DNA of 64,000 bases from Selaginella moellendorffii (Eukaryota > Plantae > Lycopodiophyta): NCBI RefSeq assembly GCF_000143415.4, contig NW_003314293.1:434001-498000 (forward strand), in the 5' to 3' direction. The position numbers and the translations under genes were made by a program. The notes beneath the pieces are model-generated. The model was not told where the DNA came from and ran no database searches. It saw only the letters and a program-made list of their open reading frames with translations. Within the stretch, counting starts at the first letter, position 1; every line of letters begins with the position of its first letter. This document shows positions 39,110 through 53,097 of this stretch, piece after piece.

Positions 39110-40143
39110 CAATTCAGTAGCTTGATAAACATGCAAATACAGAACTTGATGCAAAATCCTTTGATATGTCACAATGCCCCTAGGACCATAAACACATTTC
39201 AATAGAGAGGGTCCTTTCATTTCATAACTCCTTATGTAGATCTTGGTGAAACCAGAGTTAGTGAAGTTGGTTTCTTTGTGATCCTGCATCTGATTGTGAT
39301 GTCCCTTTGCAGTGTCGATGGAAAGGTCAATGCACACCAAATGTAGAATCTTGGAGCAAAATAACGGTCGGATCTATGGCAAATGCCCTTGAAACATTGT
39401 AAGGCTCGTGTGGTCTCATGTGGTGTCCGATCGAGATGCTTCTTTGCAGGGTCATCAAGAAGGACATTGTATACCATTCTTTATTTAGCTGAACATCTGG
39501 CATTTTTGGAAATACAAGATGCTTTGGAATATCCAATCATGCATGGTATAAATATAGCGAGGGTATTAAATGATATCCCAATCATGATCTTTCTTTTGGA
39601 TTTCACGTGCATGCAGTCCGAGGAATGATGACGTTGCGGATTTCTTTTGGATTTCACGTGCATGCATGCGCGCGGCGATCCAGAAATTAATGGTGGCGCC
39701 CAAATCCGAGGAATGATGACGTGGCAGGATTACCAACCATCGTGACATTTCGCACGTGTGAGGTTAGGTTTTGCATTTTGCTTTGTACTCGCGCTCGCAC
39801 ACTCACGCTCACATGGCGCTCCCACTCGCGATCACGCTCACATTCGTGCTCATCTACCTTCTCTACAGGTTTCTCGTGTGCATCGGCGTCCACTTGCGCT
39901 TGCATCACACTCGCGCTCGCATCGTGCTCGTGTGCATCGGCGTCCACTTCAAGACACACCTAGTTTGTAACTTCGCCGCCCACTCCGCCACCCACATGCA
40001 GCCCACTTGGCGTCCCGGGAGATTTTAGCGCCACTCTCCAACTGTAAGTGGCAGAGTAGCCTTGCTGCTATGATCCGCTGCACACACAGTGCACATTCGC
40101 CAGCGAGTCCGGCCTCGATTGTCACGCCTTCATTCGGCTTCAA

Positions 40144-43100
40144 ATGGTAAGTCTTTTAGGCCAAGTAGAAAATGGCATGAGGCCACATGCCATTCAGTAG
40201 CAACATTGGCATGCACCGATTGGGCTCTCGAGTGCAGTCCGGTTACAGATGGCGTGTAGCCTCACGTCATCTTAGGATGCAGCCTCAAGACATCTGATGC
40301 AGTGGTGAATGGCGTGTGGCCTCACGTTATTTCCAGCTGCTAGCTTTTTATCTGTCAGCTCTAATTGTTGTGCATTTCTGAACAGGCGAGGAATTGCGTT
40401 CTTCTTCCAGCCACTGTTAATGTGGATGCAGAGAAGGGGGAGGAGCTCACCAGTTGGACTTTTGGGATGGAAGGCGAGGATCTGAGGCTGTACAACATAG
40501 ATAGTGGGAGAAAAGAATGCATGGGGATCCTCATCCAAGTGACAGACACTCCATGCAGTTCCATGCAAGAATATGGACTGGCACTTGTGGTAGAGACAGT
40601 GTCCGCCTTTAAGATCCACCTTGCACATCCTAGCGGCTTCCCGGAGGGGGGCAGCGGCTATGAGGAATTCCTAGAGGGAGCTAGGGAGAGGTTGTCCAGG
40701 AGGCCCACAATTTCAAAGACGCTGCGGGTCTATGAAGATCACATGGAATCCACAGACCTCACCTATGGCGATGTTCAAAAACTATATTCCAACATTGAGC
40801 TGCTGAGAGTGCCTCCAGTTCGCAAAGCGAAGGGGAAGGGGGTCGATCTGGAAACTACCCCAAAGCAGAAAAGGGTGGTCAAGCTCAAGCCGACGTCTGA
40901 CTCTCCTGCTCCAAAAAAGAAGCTACTCGGTGATGCCATTGCCTCGGGTTCGAACACTACACCCACCAAAAAGAAGAGCCGCAAAGAGCAAAAAGAGCAA
41001 GAAGAGGCAGCAAAAATCGTCGCAGATAATAGTACTTGTTACTATTCCAACAAAGTATATACAATCGACGTGAGTCGTATCGACATCCAAAGCAAATACA
41101 ACCACAAGCTAGTATCTGATGAGTGGGTGGAGAAACTGAAGCAGAAGATGCTGGCAAGTCCAGTAACACCCGACATCGCAGATGTGATCCCCTACTACCG
41201 AGCAATGAAGGGCGAAACGAGGTTTCCAAACTTGATCAATAGGAAGGTGTTGGACGATCAGAACATCCGGTTCTATGCCGTCTCCGGGCAGCATTCTAGC
41301 TTGGCGATGCAAGAGATAGTTGTGGATATTATGGTGGGCGAGGAGGTGCAAAAAGTCTTCAAGACAAGAGTTGTCCACCTGATAAAAGGCAACTCGCCCC
41401 TTCGATCTATCATATACATTTCCCACGCGCAGAATGTCAAGCAAGAAACGTGCTACAAATCGGGTCTGCACGAGACATTGGCACGAACACGGAAGCTCTA
41501 GGTTCAGCTGAAGAAGCCACAAAAACCAGGACAAGGACATGCACTAGCAACTAGCGCCTAGCAGGTAAGCCTCGTTGCATGTGGCATAGCATGTGGCCTC
41601 ATGCCATTTCCATTGCAGGAATTCTCGAGTCTTCTCTCGAAAACACTGGGGGTCAATGACACACTCAGCATCCATAACATTCCACTCGCGACAAAAGTTG
41701 TTTTTGACAAATGGGTAGATGTGCTGAGGAGGTACCATGACGGGGAGTTGCTAAACTCAATGGGTGTGGAGGACGGCCAGAAGCCCAATGATTTGAAGCT
41801 CAACGCCTTGCGTTTCTCGCGGTCTCTAGACGACGACGACCTTTTGACAGTGGCTAATGCTCTTCTACGTGGTGAGGTAGTCTTCAACAAGACCAAAATG
41901 ACTCCCGGCCATATTGTGACATACGAGGACTTGTGCATGACTCTGAGAGCTCGTGCGCTATTGAAGGATTGGATCTTTGAGCAAGTGGCCGTGGAGAGGG
42001 TGAGCATCGACACCACGCAAGAGATGATGGAAGAGCTAGAGTTGTCAAATGAAGACATCGACGAGTACGTGAAGGGGCCCCCAAGTTCATCGATCTGCTA
42101 CGGGATGCCACGAAAAGTAAAGCTGAGAAGTTGGATCAGTATCCAAATTTCATTAAAAGGGATGTCGACCGCCGGCTTCAGAAACAGCTCGACCCCACAG
42201 CAGAGGCCTATCGAGAACCTTACCGGGTATACGTGAATTCGGATGAGGATCAAAGGTGGAGGAGCATCGTTTCCCGCGGAGATGAGCAGGTCAAGAACAT
42301 CTTTTGTGTGATGGACTTCACAAACGAGGAGATCACTCATGCAGACGAAGTCAGCTCCATCATTGACTTAATGGTGGGACTTGCGGAGGTGGAATCTTCA
42401 GTCCACTATATGATCTATGACTCCGAATCCTATCACAAGTTCTAGAAGGCCTTGAACGAGGTGAAGGCTCGGTTGAAAGGCAAGGAGATGCGGGAGATCC
42501 ATGGGATAATGGCTAAGAAGAAGATACCGACGAATGTCCGCATCTTCACACTCGCCCTTGTTATTGGTCCTGCAGCAGAGTGGGACTGGAGTGACTTCCC
42601 AGCTTCGTTCGACAAGGCCGATCGAATTGATCTGAGGGAGGTCAATTTACCTGTGCCTGAGGAACTGAAGACGGCTATGGAGCTTTCGAATCCATAGAAA
42701 GCTCCAAGTGTAGCATGGGAAATGCTCAGCTGGGTCTTCAACGCAATAGCGGGTGACTTCAAGGGCAAATGCGTTGTCGAGTACAACTACGGCGGACTAT
42801 TCTTTCGAGCCGCACTACTCAAGGGTGTCCCGTGTGTTGCGGTGACAAACTCCATTGAAGAGGTGACTTCAATAGAGCATATAATTACAGTTGCCAAAGA
42901 AAAACAGTATCTTCTCTGCGAACCTGGTGAGTACGCACTTTAAGTTTAAATGTTATCTCACAAGCTCTGTATGCAGGAGCGTGGCCACCCCCAGATGCTG
43001 AAACGGCGTTAATAGCTATTGTTGAAGATACCCATGTTGGGCCGAGCTCACAACCTGCACAAGGTAAAGTCACGTGAGGCCTCACGCGATTTTGATTATA

Positions 43101-45768
43101 GATCGTTGTGAATATTCAGACACGAGGACTGAAAAGCGCACTGGTGGCGCGTCGAAGAAGGACAAACAGACAAGCAATAGATAAAAAGGAGGTACAAATT
43201 ATATTTGCAATGGCGTGTGGTCTCATGCCATTCCTTGTAGGAGACACTTCTTCAAAGGCAAAACAGGCAAGCACCAGCCAAGCTCAAACTGACAGTGGTC
43301 ATAAAAAGCGAAAGCACGTTGGACAGTCGTCGGGATCAGAGGCGTTTGATTTGAAAAGGAAGAAGGGCAACGAAAAGATGATAGGTAATGCCTTGCGGTT
43401 ATGGCGTGTGTGCTCATGCCATTCATTGCAGATCAAGGGCTGAGTGAAAGCAGCCAGTCACCACCTCCTGACTCAGATTCCTATGGCGGACTCCCCTTCC
43501 CCAATCTCAATGGAGAGGTACAATGGATGAGGGATGCTTTTCAAGTCAGGGCCACGTTTTTCTCATCTCGTCGTCTTCGAAGGTTGCAAGAACGTGCAGA
43601 AACCATGTTAAGACAGTCGGGTGAGGATACGGTCCTAGGTCATGCACTAAAATAGGCTATGGATGTCTTGTATTTTGAGATGGAGACTCGGCCAGATGAT
43701 TTTCCCAAGATGGTCCTGGAAGAACAAGCCATCCAGCCTGAGCAGCCTATGGAAGAAATGCAGGAGGGGGATGAGGAGCCAGAGAAAGATAATGAGCAGG
43801 AAGAGCAGAAGGACGAAGAGGAGGACAAAGAAGAGGAGGATGAAGAAGAGGAGGACGAAGAGGAGGAGGACGAAGAGGACTTGGATGGTCCTCACAATGG
43901 TGACGATCACAATAACGACGACGACGATGATGACGACGATGGCAAGCCTGAGGTGGCCAAAGAGCAGCGGAGGAAGGTCATACAAGACAAATCATCAGGT
44001 AAATAATAGTACATCCATTCCTAACCTTTTACCATTTCTAACATTGTCCATGTAGGTCACAGATTAAATGGTAAGTAGAGATTATTCAGTTGAATTAAGA
44101 TACAAACTCTAGCCTTTAGTGTCGAGGAAGGATAGTGCCAAGCAAGGGTCGAAACGTATGTCCAATCCTTCAGAATCAGCAGTGTGCCCAAGTGATATCG
44201 GTCCTAGTTCCTTAATAGCAGTTGATGGTAAATACAGTATAGTCGATTCAATGTGCTAATGAGTTTGTTTTTAGTAGCACGGGAGGATACCATCTCAATG
44301 AAGGGAGATATTTGGATATGCATATGGATCCGCCAGTGGACTCTACTTGGCTGCAAGAGTCATCAGAGCTGGTGGAGGCTACTATCCATATCAACGCCAA
44401 GCAAGCTGACCACGCTCCACTTGATGCTGCCTATACCATTGAGTCAATCTTGTCCACGTATCCAAATGACAGTGACCAGGCGCCATTGGACCCGCATGAG
44501 GCCGCCCCAGCCGCCGAGCCGGTCGTATCCTCATTTCCAATGGACTCAACGTGTGCCCAATCGTCTGACTATGCGCCGTTGGAACCTCCCTACACCGCCC
44601 TTACTGCCTGTTCGGTCATGTCCACTTTGCCAACGGAGGCACCAGCTGAAATGGCGTGTGATCACACACCATCGGAACCACCCCATGCCACTGTTGAGCC
44701 AGTTGTACCAGATTCTACAGCTGAAATGGCATGTGCCCACACGCCATCGGATGCGATTGACCCCACATTGCAGAGGAGAGTATTTCCGCCCTTCACGTTT
44801 CCTCGACCAAAACCCTCTCAACGACCATCGGGAGCACAATTCGCTAATATTGTAGATGGTAAAATTGACTTGTACCATTTTTTATGCTGATGCATTTCAT
44901 TTCAGAGTCACGGCGAAGGTACTGTATCGTTTTTTATTTGAACGGTGTCTTTTTCTCCCATGAGCGTGGCTCGTCCTCGAATGTCACTACACCCTCCAAA
45001 GCCTGCGGTCGCAAGTTGGTCAAAAGAGACAGATTCACATTAATCACACGGGAGAAACTGCGGGATCTAATAATGACCATGCGACACTTAAAACAAAGGG
45101 CCGGGTTCAATTTGCAATTGGGAGTTTGGACATCCATGATGCGCCACAATGCATTAATGTTGCTACAGATGATGCACGATCAGACGCGAGTAATATTACC
45201 ATTTGACTTTCTCCTAACACAGGAGGATTGCTTGACTATGGTCCATGTGAGAGGTAGCAAGCCCATCTTCGTCAAGCCAGAGGCTGTAGTGATGAACCGG
45301 ACTGCTAGGTCAAGTGAAATCCTCATCATCGATGACTCGCCGATTAAAACTGCAGCGAACATGCACACATATGCAGTGCACCCCATCTCTTGCAGTATGG
45401 AAACTAGGGAGAAGAAACCATATGTTCTGGGGGACCTTGCAAAACGGCTTGGAGCGATGGTGATAGAGAACCGGCCAGTCCAGGAGGTGGTTGTAGAAAT
45501 CAACCAAATGGCAGATGGAACGGTATATTAGAAGCTATTTGATCGGACAGACACCAGTCATCATTTATGGCATGTATATTGTCTAGCCAAGCACTATCCG
45601 CATCTCCATAATCTGCTCAACCGGATGGGTTCTTCGACCACTGAACATGAGCATGGACATATTAGAGAAGAGATGGCATTACTATTGGGTTTAAATCCTG
45701 ATAGTGTGGAGAGTGATGAAATTCCAAGATTATTGTATAGGCGTTGGAGGCAAAAAATAACAGTCTGA
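40144..45768 (+). pseudogene. Spliced cargo gene: ParB-like, degenerate MTase-like, acidic/Pro-rich linker, FCP1/HAD-like domain (copy 1)
   Basis: ATG followed by intron 40147-40385; IDVSRIDI...VEKLKQKM...FYAVSGQHSSLA; KCVVEYNYGG...AALLKG; LGVWTS and ILIIDDSPIK. Several stops and a frameshift. Confidence 0.7.
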
Positions 45769-45909
45769 GATGGCATGTATTTATTTAAAAATGTAACTTA
45801 TTATGGCATGGGGTTCCATGCCATTGTATTAATATTAAAAGACAATTCTTTGAGAGGATTTGCATTATACTAAAAGGTGTTACAACATGTTATTGGAAGT
45901 CTACGAAGT

Positions 45910-46009
45910 NNNNNNNNNNNNNNNNNNNNNNNNNNNNNNNNNNNNNNNNNNNNNNNNNNNNNNNNNNNNNNNNNNNNNNNNNNNNNNNNNNNNNNNNNNN
46001 NNNNNNNNN
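45910..46009. other. Assembly gap
   Basis: 100 N. Confidence 1.
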
Positions 46010-49000
46010 CCCCCCCCTTTTTTTCCCCAAAAGGGAGGGTCCCAACCCCCCTGGGGGGGGGGGGGGCCCCAATAGGCCCCAAGTGTCTTCAGGTGGGGCC
46101 CCCCCCCCCCATGGGTTGGGGGGCCCGGGTGTAATTTTCCCTTTGAGGGGGGGGAGGTTCTTTTGGGCCTTTCCTGGGAGGGCCCCTTGGGCCACAACCA
46201 AGTCCTTGTTTCTTCCCCCCCAAGGCCCCTGGGTCCCAGTTTTAACCCCAAGTCAGTTGGGGAGCCCCCTGGGGGAATTCCTTCAAAATTGTTTCCGGGG
46301 CCCCCCTATCCCTTAAAAAGGTTGGGAAACCGAGGGAGGGCCCCCCCCCCCCCCCCCCCCCCCCGGGAGATGCACGCTTTGGGCTTTCACCCTTTACCCA
46401 TATTAGTATTCGAACTCAGTCTCTGGCTCAATCTTGGACTCAATCTCATATCCGACTTCGGATTCAGTCTCGGACTCGATCTCGGACCCGATCTCGGACT
46501 CGACCTCGGACTCGACCTTGGACGCGGTCTCGGACTCGACCTTGGACTCGGTCTCGAACCCGATCTCGGATCTCGGACTCTGTCTCGAACTCGGTCTCAA
46601 ACTCGGTCTCCAAGTCGGCCTCGGACTCGATTCCGGACTCTATCTCGAACTCGGTCTCAGAGTCGGTCTTGGACTCGATCTCAGACTTGGTCCCATCCAA
46701 TGAACTCTTTATCATTTTGGTCATGCTTTCAGGGATTGTTTAGCCTATGACACATCGGGGAGTTGGTTCCTTACAACTCCACCACCTATAAAAGAAGTTC
46801 GATGCCCATATTAAATGTCTCTCCTTTTAATCCTATGACTTGTTGACCATGTCTCCGGGGGCATCCCCCACTTAGCAGTGTGCCTAAGTTAGCCTCCCCG
46901 GCCAAGAGCCCATGACAACGGAATATAGGTGTCCCTATACTCCTCACCCCACCATGCCCTAGTATGGGGTTGGGATTTGAACCCAGCCTTGCTTTACTAG
47001 GGGGTTGGGACTCAAACCCAACCTCCATAGAATATGTCTACAGATTCGACATCCCCGTGGGGAGTTGGGCATAGTTCTCTATTCCTGATTGACTTAACTA
47101 ACCCATGCTAATTAGCTTACCTTCGGCATGCCTTCGGGTCCTAACATATGCCATTGCTCAAGTTCATAAATTGATACTTTAATTAAACTTTGCATAAGTA
47201 CATAGAGTTCTGCCTTGCAGAAATTCCTCCACTAGATGTCACGCATTCGCTAGGTTCTCCTTTGGTTCCCATGTTACTTCGCAGTGTGGAAATCCTTTCC
47301 ACCTCACATGGAACTCTCTCACCTCGTGTCCTTGTCGCTTGCTCTTGCGCGCATTGAGAATGGCCTCCACTTTGTATTCCTCTTCCCCTTGGATAACCTC
47401 AAGTAAAAGTCTCACTTGGTCCTTGCGAAGTGGATCCTCAAAGTACGGTTTGAGTAGGTTCACATGGAACACTGGGTGCATCTTCCCCATCTCTCGAGGA
47501 AGTCGGAGGCGGTAAGCCACTTTGCATCTTACTTTTGGGTCAACTTTCAGCTGATCCCACTTGGCAGTCTAAGATTTTTAGTGTTCAGCCACACCTTCCC
47601 CCCAACTTGGAACTCTACATCCCCCAACGCTTCTAGTTCACGTACTTGGTTTGCCTTTGTTGAGCTCGTTCCAAGGAATCCCTCACTAGATTCCAAATGT
47701 TGAGTCTTTCTGCCGTGAATGCCTCCACTGTGGGTAGCTCTCCATGATACTCGGCCACGCCGAGTTCCACAGGACCTTCAATAGCTCGCCTATTGATGAC
47801 TTCCCATGGACTCACCCTGATACTTGAATGTGGTGAGTTGTTGTAACACATCTCCGCAAGTCCTAAATGACTTACCCAATTGATCTGGTCTCCGGAAACA
47901 TAGCATCGCAAATAATCCTCCAGCTGCCTATTCACCCTTTTCGTTTGCCCATCTGTGAAGAAGTGTTAGTGCCATCCAACTTGACTTAATACCCAATACC
48001 TGTCTGTGGGTGATAGGTTGTGCTAAATTTCAACTTGGTGCGATACTGTTCCAGGAGTGTTCTCCAGAACCTGTTGGTGAAGATCTTATCTCTATCTGAG
48101 ATGATCTCCTCTGGCCTTCCCCACACTCGAACCACTTGTTCAAAGAACAGCTTTGCCACACCTGCCACATCCACTTCCGTTGTGGTGGGTATGAAATGTG
48201 CCATCTTCGAAAATCGGTCCACCACCACGAATATCGCATCAAACCCCTCACTTGGGGGAAGTCCCGTGATGAAGTCCATCATAAGACATTTCCACGGACG
48301 ATATGGAATTGGGATGCTTTGTAACAAGCCCCTACTAGCTTTAGTCACGGCTTTGACCTGCTGACATGTTGGGCATGTCTTTACATAGTCTTGGACATCC
48401 TTAGCCATGTCTGGCCAATGGTACTTCCTCTTGAGTAAGCCCATCATCTTGGGCACTTCGCCATGTCCCGCAAGAGGTCCATCATGACACTCTTTTAAGG
48501 CTACCTTCCTTAGTTCCCCTTCTGGAACATACACCCTCATTTGCTTGTAATAGATGAGTTTGTTGCGTTTCGCATAGCCCGTTTTCTCTTCCATTGGTAG
48601 CTCACTTCTCTGGTGAGCTTCCCGTGCCTCTAAATTCCTCAGCAACACTTCTTGTGCTAGACCATCGTTCTCGTATACTGTCCGCACATCATCCCAAAAG
48701 GTTGCTATCACACTAGATATTGCCAACTTCAAGCTCGCTTTTCGACTTAGCGCATTTGCCACGATGTTGCTCTTCCCAGGTTTGTACAAAATCTCGCAAT
48801 CAAACTCGGCCAAAGCATTGGCCCACTAACCTTGTTTCCCTCTCAAGTCGGGTTGTGACAAGAAGTGTTTCATTGCCACATTGTCCGTATAAACCTTGAA
48901 GTGTCTCCCAAGGTAGTGTTGCCACTCCTTGAGTGCCTTGACCACCGCAAACAATTCCTTCTTGTGGGCAGGCCACTTTCGTTGAGCCTTGTCCAACTTT

Positions 49001-52000
49001 TTCGAGAAGAACGCTACTGGATGGTTGTCTTGCTTCAAAATTGCGCCCAACACAAAGTCTGAAGCATTCGTTTCTACCTCAAAGTCCTCACCAAAGTCTG
49101 GTAGCGCTAACATGGGAGCCTTCCTCAACTTCCCTTTGAGGTGGACAAATGCCACCTCACATTCCATACCATCTTCCCTTTTCCCGTTTGGTCCATTAAG
49201 GGTAGGGCTACTCTTGAATAGTGTTTGATAAACTTTCGGTAGTAGTTGCATAGCCCCAAGAATGCCCTTAACTCGTGTACATTCGATGGTCGCTCCCAAT
49301 CCTAGATTGTTTGAACCTTCTCAGGGTCCACCTTAAGCCCGTCCTTGCCCACCACATGCCCGAGAAACTTTAACTCTTGTTGAGCAAAGTCACATTTGCT
49401 CTCTTTAGCATACAACTGATGTTCCTTTAGTTTCTCAAACACTTTTGTCAAGTGTTTGGCATGCTCCTCTAGCATTTTGCTATAGATCAGGATGTCATCA
49501 ATATAGACGACCACAAAGTGATCTAGATAGGGTACAAAGATGTGGTTCATCAACACCAAAAACGTTGCTAGTGCATTGCATAGCCCAAAGAGCATCACCA
49601 GAATCTCAAAGCTCCCATACCTCATTCGACAGGTTGTCTTCTCGACATCTTCCTCTGCTACCCTGATCTAGTAGTATCCTGACCTTAGGTCAATCCTTGA
49701 GAAGTATTTAGCCTTTCCCAACCTATCGAACAAGTCCTCAATCCTTGGCAAAGGGTATTTGTTCTTTTTTGTATACTTGTTAAGCAACTGGTAGTCTATG
49801 CACATGCTCATAGATCCATCTTTCTTTTTCACAAATAACACCGGCGCCCCATATGACAACTTGCTCAACCTAACATACCATTTGTCCACCAACTCTTTTA
49901 GTTGGTGCTTGAGCTCCTCGAGTTCCTTTTCGTTCAAACGATAGGGGGGACGGACCACCGCTTCAGCACCCTCGACCAGCTCAATCTTATGTTCTATCAG
50001 TCATACGGGAGGCAACCCCGCTGGTAGCTCCTCTGGCATGGTATCCTGGAATTGGTCCAACACCCGTTGGATCACTAAAGGTACTTCCTCCATTCCAATC
50101 TTTTTGTCACTCTTCACTGAGAGTAAGCACAAAAATGCTGCTTTGGTTCCTTTAGTGAGTTGTCCTCTCGTGGACACTAGGTTTAGGTAGGATTCTTTGG
50201 CCTTGCATTGCCCTACCTTTAGATCCTGGGCCTCCACCTTGGATCTCCTTCCTTGGGCATTTGCTAGTACCACAAGGTTCCTACCTTGTCCATGCAGGGC
50301 TACCACGAACCGATTGAACCAATCCATCCCAAAGATTACGTCAAATCCCGCCATGTTTAACACGGTGAAATCCATGTCTACTTTCCATGTCCCTACTTCG
50401 ACTCTCGCTTGACGTAGTACCTCATCGGTGCTTTGGCTACCTTGAACAAACTCTATAGTCTTGGTTCGCCCAGCCGCTGCACTGTTAGTCTGGCTTGCCG
50501 GACTATGTCTACAGCCACAAAATTATCCAAAGCACCCGTGTCAATAAGGATCTTAACAAAGCTACCTCCGAGCTTCCTTTGAAGGGCTAGTAGATGTTGC
50601 GAACGACTCTCTACCAAAGTTGCTCGTGTAATGAGTAACTTTGAGCTAGGGACTGGATCACATACCTCATTTTGGATTTCACCTAAATTAATGGCCATAT
50701 TAGCTTTGGCCTTCTTCAGGTAGGGACATTCCCTCGAAAAGTGTCCCGCTTCACCGCAGTTGTAGCATATGTTGTTTCCTATGCTGCTAACTAACTTGAC
50801 CTTTTTATCCATGGGTTTGTCTCTCTTTGCCTAACTCCCCCATGTACTTGCTCGTTGACCACCGAATTTGCCTTTCCAGAACCCCGAGGACTCATTCTTA
50901 GAGAAACTCTTCTTGAATTTCCCTTTGCTAAACGTTCCCTTTGGTTTGGCCCCTTTGCTAAACGTAAACCCCGACCCCGTCGTGTTCCCCTTTCGTAGGT
51001 TATCGTTGAAATGCACTTTGATAGCCGCATCCAACGCTTCCTTGTAATTAGCCGGGTTCCAACGCATCACCTCGCCGCGAGCCCAGGTTTGCAAGCCTGA
51101 TATGAAGGCATGGAACGCATCCATATTACCCATATCTGTGACCAATATCCTCTTTGCCATAAACCCATTCACATACTCTTGAATGGTTCCTGTCTGCTTC
51201 AGCCTACTCAACTCATCTGTTAGGTGCAGAGTAGCATTCGGAGGAACGTATGTCGTGCGGATCCTCGCCTTCATCATTTCCCAAGTGGCCACCGGTCCTT
51301 TGTTGGCCTCCGTCGTTCTCCACCAAGACTTGGCATTATCTGCCAAGTATAGTTTTGCATATGGGACCTTCTCCGAGCTTGGTAACTGCAACGCTCGGAA
51401 GTAGACCTCCATATCATAAAACCAATCCTCCACCACCTTATAGTCGTTCACTCCCTTGAAGACCGGTGGGGGCTTTGGTTTGTACTTGGAAATTGCCTGG
51501 TGGACTGATTCCACTTCGGTTTGTTCGACCTTGTTTGGTTTTGCCTTAGTCCCTGCCGAAAGGTCCACACCTTCTACGCTGCCAGCATCCACAGTCTTTT
51601 GCCTTTTCTTCCGCTTCTTGTCATGCTTTAGCTTGTGTACGAGAGTCTCTAGTAGGGCATTGGTCTATGCCAATTGTCCTTCTAGAACGTCCAATCGAGC
51701 CTTGGACGACCGAACCTCACCACCGGACTCTTGTTTGGAAGTTTCCTCACTAGAGTCCTCCTCATACAAGGATTCCTCATCCATAGCCTCTGGTTCGACC
51801 GGAGGCTCCAGCTCTGGAGGAGGTTCCGTCTCCGCCTTGGTTCGTTTCTGCCCTGCCTTTGCCATCTCTTAGCAATCCGCCTCTATCCTTCGCTAGAACT
51901 GAGGAAAAGGCTTTGATACCAAATTGTAAGCCATAAATTTTTCTTTTCCAATTTGCCAGCTTACCTCGTCTATTTGACCAATTCTGCCTTGGCTTTAGCT

Positions 52001-53097
52001 AAGTTCCCTCGCCAAGGTTCCTGCCTATGGTACCAGCTCCTACTTTGTTCTACTTGGTTTCAGCTACTCACTACACGAGCAACAGAGCGTTGGCCATCCA
52101 TCCATGGATACCCAAATCTCTCCCAATCCCCATCCCCTGGTTAGACTGGACTTAAGGTTCGGCAACACTCCCCGCAGGCACAAGTAGCCAAGCACACCAA
52201 GCCTCTAGATTCTTAACATCCCTTGGTACCACAAGACTTGATCATAGGACCCTCTAAATCCCAAGTCTTGCGTGCAACACATGCTTCGGGATGCCGGGGC
52301 GAAACACCGTGGCCTAACAGCCCGGTATGGGTACCTCTACCCTCCCACTTCCATCCTGAAGGGAAGGTCCAAGCCCCTAGGAAGGGCAGGGACCAATGAA
52401 CCACAAGGTACTCAAGTGGCGCACCACTCCACATGAGCGAGGAGCACCGCAGTTGGTTTCCCTTTCGGGAGTGGGAGCTGCTTCCCTTTCGGGAGTGGGA
52501 GCTGCTCTTGAGCACTTCCTTGGATGGCCCCTCCGGCACCAATCAAGTTCATGCTCACTCCCACTCAAGGCCCCTCGGTCCCAGTCTCAACCTCAAGTCA
52601 GTTTGGAAGCACCACTGGAGTGTTCCTTCAAAACTGGTTCTTGAACCTCACTATCCCTACTATACTTTTGGAACCCCCCACAGCCCCCCCCCCCCTCGGG
52701 AGACACACGCTTTGGGCTTTCACCCCTTGACCCGTATTAGTATTTAGACTCAGTTTCTGGCTCGATCTCGGATCTGACTTCGGATTTGGTCTCAGACTCA
52801 ATCTTGGACTCGATCTCGGACCTGATCTCGGACTTGACCTCAGACTCGACCTCGGACTCGGTCTCGGACCCGATCTCGGATCTCGGACTCTGTCTCAAAC
52901 TCAGTCTCGAACTCGGTCTGAAACTCAGTCTCCAAGTCGGCCTCAGACTCGATTCCGGACTCTATCTCGAACTTGGTCTCAGAGTCGATCTTGGACTTGA
53001 TTTCAGACTTCTTCCCATCCGATGAACTCTTTATCATTTTAGTCATGCTTTCAGGGATCCTTTAGCCTACGACACCTCGGGGAGTTGGTCCCTTACA
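46010..53097 (-). mobile_element. Chromovirus-type Ty3/gypsy LTR retrotransposon
   Basis: 5' LTR 51925-53097 (TG...CA); Met PBS TGGTATCAAAGC; PPT GGTGGTGGAGT; 3' LTR has its inner boundary at 46775 and runs into the gap. Confidence 0.92.
47239..51865 (-). pseudogene. gag-pol: Gag, CCHC knuckle, protease, RT, RNase H, integrase, chromodomain
   Basis: CYNCGEAGHFSREC; LIDTGA; YIDD; TNASD; CHDG..AGH...CPTC, MDFITGL; YKVEAIL...FHVRWKGF...TWEP. Stops and frameshifts. Confidence 0.93.

Larger units (their letters stand above)
34800..45823. promoter_or_regulatory. Dispersed 20-bp palindrome TGGCRTG-N6-CAYGCCA (putative protein-binding sites)
   Basis: Exact or near copies start at 34800, 36269, 37872, 37942, 38040, 38727, 40173, 40250, 40310, 41587, 43070, 43211, 43402, 44652, 44727 and 45804. 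Function is inferred. Confidence 0.7.
34170..45909 (-). mobile_element. Sola-like DNA transposon, family B copy 1 (right end in the gap)
   Basis: Terminus GCTCTATTTTGTTAAAGTGGGA (34170-34191) matches the opposite terminus of copy 2, GCTTTATTTCGTTAAAGTGGGA (56485-56506), at 20/22 positions. Contains a transposase and cargo gene. Confidence 0.75.

Noticed and set aside
46010-46365. G/C-homopolymer-rich ORFs or G-quadruplex island
   Set aside because: Looks like a low-quality read of the chromovirus LTR next to the gap.
52690-52740. Hammerhead ribozyme (retrozyme) in the LTR
   Set aside because: A GAAA hairpin is present, but no CUGANGA core was found nearby.
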